Shown here one piece after another: positions 50,617 to 59,965 of a stretch of DNA of 64,000 nucleotides. The notes under the pieces were generated by a model that was not told the origin of the DNA, did no database searches, and saw only the letters and a program-made list of their open reading frames with translations. Positions within the stretch are counted from its first letter, which is position 1; every line of letters starts with the position of its first letter. Location of the stretch: contig OY968769.1 in assembly GCA_963695345.1 (NCBI GenBank), positions 1,376,001 to 1,440,000 of the forward strand. Reading direction: 5' to 3'. A program made the translations under genes and the position numbers. The DNA is from an uncultured Methanomassiliicoccales archaeon (GTDB taxonomy: Archaea; Thermoplasmatota; Thermoplasmata; Methanomassiliicoccales; UBA472).

Positions 50617-52226
50617 TGAAACTGCTCGTAACCGACGAACTATCGAAGGAAGGCATCGACATGTTGACCAAGGACGGCGGGGTCCAGGTCGATGTCAAGC
50701 CAAAGATACCGCAGGAGGACCTGTTGAAGATCATTGGCGAGTACGATGCGCTCATCGTCCGCAGCGGCACCAAGGTCACCGCGCAGGTGATCGAGGCGGG
50801 AAAGAAGCTCCGGGTCGTCGGGCGGGCCGGTGTCGGCGTCGACAATGTCGATGTCGAGGCGGCCACTAGGCGCGGCATATTGGTCATGAACACTCCAGCG
50901 GCGAACATAATCTCCGCCTGCGAGCACACCCTGGCCATGATGCTTTCCCTGGCGCGCAATATCCCCTGGGCTGACAAGTCGGTCAAGGAAGGCAAGTGGG
51001 AGAAGAGCAAGTTCATGGGCGTCGAGCTGAGCGGGAAGACGCTCGGCATCATCGGAATCGGCCGTATCGGAGGAGAGGTGGCCAAGCGCGCCAAGGCCTT
51101 CGGCATGAAGCTCATCGGATTCGACCCGTACATTTCCCCCGAGGCGGCCGTCAAGCTCGGTGTACGCCTGATGCCCCTGGACAAGGTCTGCGAAGAGGCT
51201 GATTTCATCACCGTTCATGCCGCCCTGACCCCGACCACCCACAACCTGGTCAGCACCGCCCAGTTCAACATGATGAAGCCGACCGTGATGATCGTCAACT
51301 GCGCCCGCGGCGGGATCATCGACGAGGCCGCCTGGGTCGAGGCGTTGAAGACCAAGCGCATTGCCGGTTCGGCAATAGATGTGTTCGAGCAGGAGCCGCT
51401 GCCCAAGGACTCTCCGTTCCTGGGACTGTCGAACGCCGTGCTGACCCCGCACCTCGGGGCGTCCACCAAGGAGGCCCAGGAGAAGGTATCCATCGAGATG
51501 GCCGAGCATGTCAAGATGTTCCTGGTGGACAACAAGATCACCAACGCCGTCAACGCCCCCATGAGCAAGATCGACCCGAAGGTGGCGCCGTTCATCGGCA
51601 TCGCCGAGAGGCTCGGATCATTCGCCATGCAGCTGGTTGACGGACCGGTCAAGAAGATCGAGGTGGAGGTCCACGGCGAGATCGCGAACATGGACACCCG
51701 GATGGTCACGGTGTCGGCGCTGGTGGGGGTGCTCTCCACGGTCAAGGGAGAGAACACCAACATCATCAACGCCGGTTCCATCGCCCGCGAGATGGGCATA
51801 CAGGTGGTCGAGTCCAAGGTGGACGAGATGACCCACTACGTGAACATGCTCATCGTGAGGGTGTCCTCGGACGGCATCAAGCGCGAAGTGCGCGGCACGG
51901 CATTCCCGGCCAGCGAGCCGAGGCTCATCGGTATCGACGAGTTCGACGTGGATGTCCCGCTCGAAGGAGACTTCGTCATGACCAAGCACCACGACATGCC
52001 CGGGATGATCGGAAAGGTAGGAATGATGCTGGGGAACCGCCACATCAACATCGCCAACATGAACGTCGGCCGGGAGACCAAAGGCGGTCGCGCGATCATG
52101 CTGATGTCGGTCGACGGCGCGGTCGCAAAAGAGGTCCTGGACGAGCTGAGGGCGGAGAAGAACTTCCACGAGGCCCGGTCCGTAACCCTAAGCCATATGC
52201 GGACCCGCGAGTACATGAGCCTCTAA
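50613..52226 (+). CDS. serA: D-3-phosphoglycerate dehydrogenase (with ASB and ACT domains)
   Basis: VRSGTKVT, GRAGVGVDN, G.GRIG, N.ARGG, DVFE.EP, TPHLGAST.EAQ, D.PG.IG.VG..LG...INIA. Confidence 0.97.
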   Translation: MMKLLVTDELSKEGIDMLTKDGGVQVDVKPKIPQEDLLKIIGEYDALIVRSGTKVTAQVIEAGKKLRVVGRAGVGVDNVDVEAATRRGILVMNTPAANIISACEHTLAMMLSLARNIPWADKSVKEGKWEKSKFMGVELSGKTLGIIGIGRIGGEVAKRAKAFGMKLIGFDPYISPEAAVKLGVRLMPLDKVCEEADFITVHAALTPTTHNLVSTAQFNMMKPTVMIVNCARGGIIDEAAWVEALKTKRIAGSAIDVFEQEPLPKDSPFLGLSNAVLTPHLGASTKEAQEKVSIEMAEHVKMFLVDNKITNAVNAPMSKIDPKVAPFIGIAERLGSFAMQLVDGPVKKIEVEVHGEIANMDTRMVTVSALVGVLSTVKGENTNIINAGSIAREMGIQVVESKVDEMTHYVNMLIVRVSSDGIKREVRGTAFPASEPRLIGIDEFDVDVPLEGDFVMTKHHDMPGMIGKVGMMLGNRHINIANMNVGRETKGGRAIMLMSVDGAVAKEVLDELRAEKNFHEARSVTLSHMRTREYMSL

Positions 52227-52299
52227 AACCCATTCCGCCCTCCGGGGCGTCCTAATTTTCTGGCCAAGATTAATTACCGTGCGGAGCGTTTCCACCCCA

Positions 52300-53379
52300 A
52301 TGCGTATCTTCTCGGTCGTGGGGGCCCGGCCCCAGTTCGTCAAGTTAGCTCCGCTGCACAGGGCCATCACTGTCCGCCACCAGCATATCATCGTCCATAC
52401 TGGCCAACATTACGATTACCGGATGTCCCAATCGTTCTTCGAGGAGCTCCACATTCCCGATCCAGACTATAACCTGGGGGTCGGTTCCGGCCACCAAGGG
52501 GCGCAGACCGGAAAGATGATGGAAGAGCTGGAGAGCGTCTTCGAAAAGGACAGGCCGGACGTGGTCGTCGTCTATGGGGACACCAACTCGACACTGGCGG
52601 CGGCGGTCGTGGCGGCGAAGATGGTCCTTCCTCTGGTCCATGTCGAGGCCGGGCTCAGGTCCTACCGCAGGGGCATGCCTGAGGAGATCAACAGGGTGGT
52701 CACGGACCATCTTTCGAACCTCCTGCTCTGTCCAAGCCCTCCATCGGTGCATAACCTCAGGAAGGAGGGGATCACCCAAGGCGTCGTGGTCGTGGGCGAC
52801 GTCATGACCGAATGCCTTCTGGGCATCGAGGCCACCCTCGACCCGTCCACCCCGGAGAGGTTGGGCGTGCGGAAGGGAGAATACGTCCTGGCGACCATAC
52901 ACCGGCAGGAGAATGCCGATTCCCATGAGAACATGGCCGCCATAGTCGGAGCGATGTGCGAATATCCTGGCGATGTGGTACTGCCACTCCATCCCCGGAC
53001 CGCCAAGAACATCACCGCGTGGGGTCTGATGGACAAGCTCAAGGCATCGGCGAACGTGAAAGTTCTGGAACCTCTCGACTTCCTTTCCTTCACCTCACTG
53101 GAACGATACGCGAGGAAGATAATGACGGATTCCGGCGGCGTGCAGAAGGAGGCCTATTTCTGGGGGGTGCCTTGTGTGACCGTTAGGGACGAGACGGAAT
53201 GGACCGAAACCCTGGAAGGCGGCTGGAACATCCTGACCGGTGCCAGCCGGGAGCGGATCTCGGAGGCGCTGGGTCGGCCCAGGCCAGCGATCGAACGCAC
53301 GGTCGTGTACGGGGACGCCCAGGTCTCTTCAAGGATCGTTGCCGAGATCGATGCAATGATGCGAGACCTCCTCCCCTGA
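52300..53379 (+). CDS. wecB: non-hydrolysing UDP-N-acetylglucosamine 2-epimerase
   Basis: GARPQFVK, HTGQHYD, GDTNSTLA, HVEAGLRS, PEE.NR, TDSGGVQKEA, R.ETEW.E. Confidence 0.96.
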   Translation: MRIFSVVGARPQFVKLAPLHRAITVRHQHIIVHTGQHYDYRMSQSFFEELHIPDPDYNLGVGSGHQGAQTGKMMEELESVFEKDRPDVVVVYGDTNSTLAAAVVAAKMVLPLVHVEAGLRSYRRGMPEEINRVVTDHLSNLLLCPSPPSVHNLRKEGITQGVVVVGDVMTECLLGIEATLDPSTPERLGVRKGEYVLATIHRQENADSHENMAAIVGAMCEYPGDVVLPLHPRTAKNITAWGLMDKLKASANVKVLEPLDFLSFTSLERYARKIMTDSGGVQKEAYFWGVPCVTVRDETEWTETLEGGWNILTGASRERISEALGRPRPAIERTVVYGDAQVSSRIVAEIDAMMRDLLP

Positions 53380-53472
53380 ACAATTTTCTTGCAGGTTGAT
53401 ACGGCTAAATCCAGCGGTGCGCAAATCCAGCCATGCCATCCGAGGAACGGTGGTTTTGAATGGAGATGTCGT

Positions 53473-53643
53473 TCACTTCTTTCCCCGGTTGAACTCCGCT
53501 TTGGGCTTGTCGTCGAAACATAGTTTTGTCTCCCCGCACTCGCAGCATTTCTCAAGCGATCTGCGCATCTTCGGCTCGATCCCGTTCTTCTTTCCGCACG
53601 CGGGGCAATAATACTTCGTTTTGGCTTTGACCTTCTTTTCCAT
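53473..53643 (-). CDS. small basic zinc-finger protein (56 aa)
   Basis: CPAC...CCEC...C, Lys-rich; GGAGG RBS upstream of the ATG. Confidence 0.65.
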   Translation of the reverse strand: MEKKVKAKTKYYCPACGKKNGIEPKMRRSLEKCCECGETKLCFDDKPKAEFNRGKK

Positions 53644-54122
53644 GGGCGACCCTCCGATCATTAGATACCGACCTTCCAAGAGCTATGTTGGGCACGGCCT
53701 TCTGAAATTGAAACATATCACTGCATCTGGAATGCGGTCAAGCTGTCTTTCTCGCATTTCTCCTCATTTGCATATTGCGTGGGTATTATGCGAGTTTGGA
53801 ACCTGACCCTCGAGTTCCCGGGACATTTCATCTCAGCACCTGATGTCCAAGATGTAAGCCTTCCCTCCGCTCCTGATCTTTACTGCTTGATGACAGTCGC
53901 ATATCCTATAATAGCCTGATTATATACAATAATTAAAATTAATATTATTTCATCGCTGGTTTGACAATACGATATATCGAGCATTTGGTACAACGGAGGG
54001 CGATTTCGACCGGAAAAGGCATTGATAGACGGTCATCATAAACAAAATCCTTATATAGTGTTTCTTGAATGAATAGAAACTCAATTTACTTTATTTATTA
54101 ATAAAAACGAGGGGCAATTTCA

Positions 54123-54686
54123 ATGAAAACAAATGGAAGCGCAAAGTCCCAAGCTTTACCCGCCGTGAAAGGTGGCAAGGCAAAGACAGCCGCACTCCCC
54201 GGTTTGGGTGGAGTAAGCGTAAAAACTGCCGAGCCTGTGACCCATGGGGGTAAATCTGAGGAACCTTCTTTCCAGATCTGTTTTGATGACAAATGTACGA
54301 CCTTGACCGTCGATGACCTGACTCACGCGATCAAGAACAGCATTGACCGCAGCGGTATGCCAGATGACCAGGCACGTATGATGGCGCAGCACGTTATGAA
54401 CTTCTTCGGTTATAGCGAGCGCATCATCGACAACATCCTGGAGCCGGAGGACCGCGACGCCTTCTACATGCTGGAGGACACCGGTATCCTGACCACGGAA
54501 AGGGAAGAGACGACCCTGTATGATGGAAGGGAATGGAGGATCCATTACTGGTTGTTCCGGAAGGAACGCATCTTCGAGCTCATCAGCGGCAACGGCCATT
54601 CCGGTGCGCTGTGCGAGGATGCCCTGTCCTGCTACGATGAGGTTCCAGAGGATATCTGGACCAGACAGGATGTAAAGAAAGAGTGA
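54123..54686 (+). CDS. DUF6015-like conserved protein (winged-helix-like)
   Basis: V.NFFGY..RIIDN.LEPEDRD.FYMLED.GIL.TEREETTLYDGREWRIHYW; GAGGGG RBS; AT-rich promoter region. Confidence 0.85.
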   Translation: MKTNGSAKSQALPAVKGGKAKTAALPGLGGVSVKTAEPVTHGGKSEEPSFQICFDDKCTTLTVDDLTHAIKNSIDRSGMPDDQARMMAQHVMNFFGYSERIIDNILEPEDRDAFYMLEDTGILTTEREETTLYDGREWRIHYWLFRKERIFELISGNGHSGALCEDALSCYDEVPEDIWTRQDVKKE

Positions 54687-54799
54687 ACGGAACAAAAACC
54701 CCTTCAAAAACACCCTTCCTCGCTTTTCTCTAATAATATCCCGGCAGTTTCGATGAGGTCACCGAAACCCTATTTATCTATGCCCCGCTCGCAGGAAGG

Positions 54800-56710
54800 A
54801 TGGATGTTTTCCCTTATCCTCCCCGACCGAACCAGCTCCAGTTCGTGAAATTGGTGGAGGAGGTGGCCCATAGGAAGGGGCACCTGGTCCTCGAGAGCGG
54901 GACCGGTACCGGAAAGACGGTCTGCGCTCTCTCCGGAACGATCCAGGAGGCGCTCTCCCACGGTCGGAAGGTGCTCTACCTGACTCGAACCAACTCTCAG
55001 GAGGAACAGGTGGTCAGAGAGCTCCGGCGCATCAATGAGAAGACCCCCGTGTTCGGCTTGGCCATTCAAGGGAGGCAGGTCACCTGCCCTCTCATAAGGC
55101 GGGACCAGGAGCTCAAGGGGGGTAACCCCGAGGAGCTGTCAAGGATATGCGGGGAGAAAAAGAAGAAGGTCCTCAGCAACCAGCCTGGAGGGTGCCGGTT
55201 CTACGCCGAGCTGATCAATGTCGACCATGAGGAGGTGGAGAGGTATTGCCGTGCCAATCTCCCCACGGCCGAGGAGTTCGTTCGTTATTGCGACTCGAAG
55301 AACGTCTGCCCGCATGAGCTGATGAAGGAGATGGTCTCCTCAGCGACGGTGGTCGCCGCCCCCTACGCCTACTTCTTCGTCCCTTTCATCCGCCATTCCC
55401 TGCTCGATTGGATGGGGGTGCGTCTCGACGAGCTGATCGTCATAATCGATGAGGCGCACAACATACCAGATTACACCCGGGAGATAGAGTCCTTCGAACT
55501 GTCCCGGGCCCTGCTCGACCTGGTCCAGAAAGAGGTGGACGAGTACGGCGATCCGGAGATACTCCAGGGAGTGAGCATCATGGACATGGTCATCGAGCTG
55601 CGAAAGCTGCTCCAGGGGGCGCTGGACGAGTACCTCATCGAGGAGGACGGGCTCATTCCGCCATCATTCGTGGAGGAAGGGCTGATGGGCGCCTTCACGG
55701 CGTCGTCCCGGGCCATCGAGATCGCCGCCAAAGCGCTCATGGAGCACGGCGAGATCATCAGGGAACAGAGGATCGACCAGGGCCGTCTCCCGCGTTCATA
55801 CATCTTCTCCATGGGGGCGTTCCTCAGCAGCTGGTTCTCCACCGACGAATGGACGTTCGTTAAGCTGATCGTGGGAGGGGACAATCCCTACCTCAAGGCC
55901 TACTGTCTCGATCCCATCGTCACCACCTCGGTCCTGCTCGGCTGCGGTGGCACGATCCACATGTCGGGGACGCTTTCCCCCCTGGCGGAATATCGCGACT
56001 CGATCGGCCTGCCGTCAGAGACGACGATGCGCATGTTCCCCTCCCCCTTCCCCAAGGAACACCGGGCCGTCTTCTATACCGAGAACGTCACCACGAAGTT
56101 CGAGGAGATGTCCCAGGATGACGAGATAATCCCAAGGATGGAGGAAACGGTGGTGAACCTGTGCAACGTCGTGAAGAAGAACACGGTAATCTTCTTCCCT
56201 TCGTACTCGCTCATGGAGCGCTTCCTGGCGGACAAGATCCTTACCAGGATCAGGCGGAAGGTGATGCTGGAGGAGCGGGGGATCTCCCAGGCGGAACTGA
56301 TGGACGTGGTCACCCGTTTCAAGGGAGAGGCGGAGGTCGGCGCTGTCCTGTTCTCCGTGGTCGGTGGCCGCATCAGCGAGGGCATTGACTTTCCGGACAA
56401 GGAGCTCCAGCTTGCGGTGATAATCGGCGTGCCCTACCCCAAACCGACCGCCAAGCAGCGCGCGTTGCTGCACTACTATGAGCGCAAGTTCCACAAGGGA
56501 TGGGAGATAACCGTCAAAGCCCCCACCAGCCGCAAGATGCTGCAGGCGATAGGCCGGCTTATTCGGACCGAGACGGACGTCGGGGCGGCGGTCATTCTGG
56601 ACCGGCGGGCCAAGCAGTTCACCGACCGGATCGACCTGCAGCTCACCGATGACCCTCTGTCATCGGTGCTGGAGTTCTTCGATCAGGTCGACCGGAGCAA
56701 AAGTTCTTAA
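54800..56710 (+). CDS. xpd: XPD/Rad3-family Fe-S DNA helicase
   Basis: PRPNQ, ESGTGTGKT, four Fe-S cysteines, DEAHN, SGTL.P, FFPSY, SEGIDF, QAIGRLIR. Confidence 0.95.
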   Translation: MDVFPYPPRPNQLQFVKLVEEVAHRKGHLVLESGTGTGKTVCALSGTIQEALSHGRKVLYLTRTNSQEEQVVRELRRINEKTPVFGLAIQGRQVTCPLIRRDQELKGGNPEELSRICGEKKKKVLSNQPGGCRFYAELINVDHEEVERYCRANLPTAEEFVRYCDSKNVCPHELMKEMVSSATVVAAPYAYFFVPFIRHSLLDWMGVRLDELIVIIDEAHNIPDYTREIESFELSRALLDLVQKEVDEYGDPEILQGVSIMDMVIELRKLLQGALDEYLIEEDGLIPPSFVEEGLMGAFTASSRAIEIAAKALMEHGEIIREQRIDQGRLPRSYIFSMGAFLSSWFSTDEWTFVKLIVGGDNPYLKAYCLDPIVTTSVLLGCGGTIHMSGTLSPLAEYRDSIGLPSETTMRMFPSPFPKEHRAVFYTENVTTKFEEMSQDDEIIPRMEETVVNLCNVVKKNTVIFFPSYSLMERFLADKILTRIRRKVMLEERGISQAELMDVVTRFKGEAEVGAVLFSVVGGRISEGIDFPDKELQLAVIIGVPYPKPTAKQRALLHYYERKFHKGWEITVKAPTSRKMLQAIGRLIRTETDVGAAVILDRRAKQFTDRIDLQLTDDPLSSVLEFFDQVDRSKSS

Positions 56711-56733
56711 TCGGCTGTCAGAATCTGCTGCCG

Positions 56734-57300
56734 ATGGATGCGATCATCGTCGCTCTCAGCGGTTTCTGGTTGATGCTGCCGGCGTTCCTGCCCAACTCAG
56801 CGGCGGTAGTTTTCGGCGGGGGCAGGCCGATCGATTTCGGCCGCTCCTGGCATGGCAAACGCATACTGGGCGACGGCAAGACCTGGACCGGTCTGATCGG
56901 AGGTATTTCCGCGGGCGCGGCGTTGGGTGTGATCCAAATGATGATCGCGGCGGCGCTGGGCGACAAAGCAGGGCTCTGGGGGTTCGGTTCGCTGCCGGCC
57001 GCGTTCGGCATCGTTCTGGCCCTGGCGGTGGGTTCATTGATGGGCGATCTCGCCGGTTCTTTCATCAAGAGAAGGCTGAACATCGGGCGGGGGGCCAAAG
57101 CGCCGATCCTGGACCAGTACAATTTCATCGGCGGTGCGCTGATCGCTGTGATAATATTCTTCCCTTCATGGTTCATGTCCTCATTCATCGACGGAACGAG
57201 CATCCTGGCGCTCCTCACGGTCCTGATCGTCACCCCCATCCTGCACCGTTCGGTCAACATAATCGGCTATAAGGCGGGCCTGAAAAAGGTACCCTGGTGA
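56734..57300 (+). CDS. carS: CDP-archaeol synthase
   Basis: PA..PN..A...GGG.PID.G, LGDGKTW.G, GDL.GSFIKRR, P.LDQ, N.IGY..GLK.VPW. Confidence 0.95.
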   Translation: MDAIIVALSGFWLMLPAFLPNSAAVVFGGGRPIDFGRSWHGKRILGDGKTWTGLIGGISAGAALGVIQMMIAAALGDKAGLWGFGSLPAAFGIVLALAVGSLMGDLAGSFIKRRLNIGRGAKAPILDQYNFIGGALIAVIIFFPSWFMSSFIDGTSILALLTVLIVTPILHRSVNIIGYKAGLKKVPW

Positions 57301-57305
57301 TTGAA

Positions 57306-57836
57306 ATGTCCGGCATCAAAGACTCATTGGTGCGCTGCGGCGCCATATTGTACGGGGACTTCACCCTGTCCTCGGGAAAGAAGAGCAAGTACTACATCGA
57401 TATCAAGAAGGCGAGCACCGACCCGATCATCCTGGAGGAGGTGGCCGATGAGATGGCGCACATAATCGAGCATGAGGACATCGATGTGGACCGGATCGCC
57501 GGTGTGGTCCTGGGGTCGGTCCCCTTGGCCGTCGCGCTCTCCCTGCGCACCGGAATCCAGTTCGTCATGATTAGAAAGGAGCCGAAGGACCATGGCACGG
57601 GAAAGCTGATCGAAGGATCCCTGGAACCGGGAATGAGGGTGCTGGTGGTCGAGGACGTCATCACGTCGGCCGGATCGGCCGCCTACGCCATCGATGTCCT
57701 GCGCCAGAACGGGGCGGAGGTCAAACACGTGCTGTCGGTGGTGGACCGGGAGGAAGGCGGCAGGCAGAAGCTGGAGTCGATGTCCACCAAACTGCACGCC
57801 CTCGTGACCGCCAGCGACGTGCTGGGGCAGCAGTGA
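57306..57836 (+). CDS. pyrE: orotate phosphoribosyltransferase
   Basis: GDFTLSSGKKS.YY.D, RKE.K.HG, VVEDV.TS.GS, VVDR.EG; start may be GTG 57297. Confidence 0.96.
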   Translation: MSGIKDSLVRCGAILYGDFTLSSGKKSKYYIDIKKASTDPIILEEVADEMAHIIEHEDIDVDRIAGVVLGSVPLAVALSLRTGIQFVMIRKEPKDHGTGKLIEGSLEPGMRVLVVEDVITSAGSAAYAIDVLRQNGAEVKHVLSVVDREEGGRQKLESMSTKLHALVTASDVLGQQ

Positions 57837-58390
57837 TGAGGCTGGACCTCAAGTGCGACAGATGCATCCTCTGTCAGGGAAGGGCGAACGTGGTCGGCCC
57901 GAGCGGTGACCTGAACTCCGGTTTGGTATTCGTCGGAGAGGCTCCCGGGGCCACCGAGGACCGTACCGGAAAGCCGTTCGTAGGTAAAGCCGGCAAGATG
58001 CTGGACAAGCTATTGGCTGAAAACGGCCTCCCCCGGAGGAGCGTCATGATAACCAACGCCGTCAAGTGCCGGCCGCCTGGCAACCGTCGTCCCACCCGGG
58101 AAGAGGTATCTGCTTGCCGTCCCTACCTGGAAGAAGACCTGAAGGGACGTTGCCTGGTGGTGGCGCTCGGCCTCACCGCCTCCGAGGGGCTTCTCGGCCG
58201 GAAGGTCTCACTGAAGGTCGATGCCAACCAAGTATTCAAAGTGGCAATGGGGAACGAGACGGTCAGCGTGATGCCGACATACCATCCATCCGCCTGCCTG
58301 TTCAACCTGACCGCACGGAAAGGCCTCAAGGAAGGCATCGCCGTGGCCATGGAACGTTGCGGTCTCACTCGTACCGAAAACATTTTTTGA
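57833..58390 (+). CDS. family 4 uracil-DNA glycosylase
   Basis: C..C.L, VGEAPG..ED..G.PFVG.AG, N.VKCRPPGNR.P, TYHPS. Confidence 0.95.
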   Translation: MMRLDLKCDRCILCQGRANVVGPSGDLNSGLVFVGEAPGATEDRTGKPFVGKAGKMLDKLLAENGLPRRSVMITNAVKCRPPGNRRPTREEVSACRPYLEEDLKGRCLVVALGLTASEGLLGRKVSLKVDANQVFKVAMGNETVSVMPTYHPSACLFNLTARKGLKEGIAVAMERCGLTRTENIF

Positions 58391-59042
58391 AAAGGAACAT
58401 GATGTTCTTGTAGCCGTCCTTCCAGGAGGACAATTTCACTTCTCCGACTCGTTTCCGGTAGTAGATCGGCAGCTCCTTGGACCTGAGCTTCTTGAACGCC
58501 TCGATCTTGATCTCCTCGGACATGGCCATCCCATCGTCCTTCAGGTTCATCTTGCCCATCTGGTCCCTCCTGAAGACCCACATGCCGCTCTGCGAGTCCC
58601 GGACCTTCACCCGGAACAGGACGTTCATGGTCATGGTCAGAAGCTTGTTGCCGACGTGATGTTCGAACGTCATGGCTCCTGGCTCGAGGCCGGCAAAGCG
58701 ATTGGTGGTTATGAAATCGAGTTTGTCTTGGACCAGGGTGCTGACCAGTTTCGGGATGTCCTCCGCCGGATAGGTGCAATCGGCGTCCAGAGTGACGATG
58801 ATATCTCCCCCGGCGTTCTCGAAACCGGTCTTGTAGGCCCGGCCATATCCCCTGCGCGGTTCCTCAATGACCTTGGCCCCTTTCTCCCGGGCGATCTCCC
58901 TGGTACGGTCCTTCGAATTGGTATCCACGATCAACATTTCGTGGTCCATCCCGGCCCCCTCAAGGGTGGAATGAACTGAATCGAGCACCTGGCCGATGGA
59001 CTGCTCCTCGTTCATCGTTGGTATGACCACACTGATCTTCAG
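58365..59042 (-). CDS. GT2 polyprenol-phosphate glycosyltransferase (DPM1/AglJ-like)
   Basis: SVVIPT.NEE, S.DRT, GYG.A...GF, DAD.TYP, DSQSG, R.G..KL..W.DG. No ATG near the domain start; a CTG start after GGTG is proposed. Confidence 0.88.
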   Translation of the reverse strand: MKISVVIPTMNEEQSIGQVLDSVHSTLEGAGMDHEMLIVDTNSKDRTREIAREKGAKVIEEPRRGYGRAYKTGFENAGGDIIVTLDADCTYPAEDIPKLVSTLVQDKLDFITTNRFAGLEPGAMTFEHHVGNKLLTMTMNVLFRVKVRDSQSGMWVFRRDQMGKMNLKDDGMAMSEEIKIEAFKKLRSKELPIYYRKRVGEVKLSSWKDGYKNIMFLFKKCFRYE

Positions 59043-59116
59043 TAAAACGCACCAGCCAGTTCGGTATTCCAGGTTTTCGGTAATAAGTGTTTGTAATTCT
59101 CTACGTTTATGGATAC

Positions 59117-59906
59117 TCACATTGCCGGCGACTTGTCCCCGAACAGCTTGAAGCCGACGTATCCCATCATGGCCACGAGCAGGCGGATGAATGCCCACAT
59201 GGTCATCTTCTGCTTGAACATCTTGAGCGGGTCATAGGAACCCCACAGCTTGCCATGCTTCATGGTCAGCTGTTTCCTTCCCGCCCCATTCCAGAATGCC
59301 TGCCGGAAGAAGCGGTACAGTGTCGCCTTGGTCCTGTGGTAGATGACCGCGTTGTGGTTGTAGACGATGTTGAAACCCGCGTCCACCGCTCTCATGTTGA
59401 GGTCGATGTCCTCGGCCGTGATGAACCAGTTGTCGAACCCGCCGGCCTTAGTTATCGCCTCCCGGCTGAAGGCCTCGTTGCAGCTGGGATAGGATATGTC
59501 GTTTCCCTTGTGATATAAGCTCGACCCGGTCCAGGCTCTCCCAGGGCTGGTATCCGATGTTGATGGTCCTCCCCACCACGACACTGGCACCGGCCATGAT
59601 GGATGCCCGCATCTCCTTCACCCAGAACGGGTTGGCGATGCAGGTGCCACCGGTGAACATGATCATGTCGCCCTTCGCCAGCGATACTCCGTAGTTGGTG
59701 CTCTCCCCCCTCCTTCCGGGTTTGACGTGGAGCGTGATGAAGGGATATTTTCCGGCGTACTCTTTGATTATGTCCCGGGTGCGGTCCTTCGATGCGGCAT
59801 CGACCACTATTATTTCGATGGGACCCTCTTGACCTACGAGACTATCGAGGAGGTCAGCGATGTTCTTCTCCTCGTTCATGACATTGAGAACAATGCTAGC
59901 GAGCAT
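59117..59906 (-). CDS. glycosyltransferase family 2; frameshift near 59516
   Basis: NEEKNI..LLDSL, VDA.S.D.T in one frame; GGFD....AED.DL..R in the other; joined by deleting one A. Confidence 0.85.
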
Positions 59907-59965
59907 TCAGTACCAACCACTCAAATGTGTAGATACGATAATACTCTTTCGGCTCCAGTACGGCA

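Noticed and set aside
58365-58390. Convergent 3' overlap of the UDG and GT2 genes
   Set aside because: Short tail-to-tail overlaps are common in compact genomes (similar at 42034-42041)
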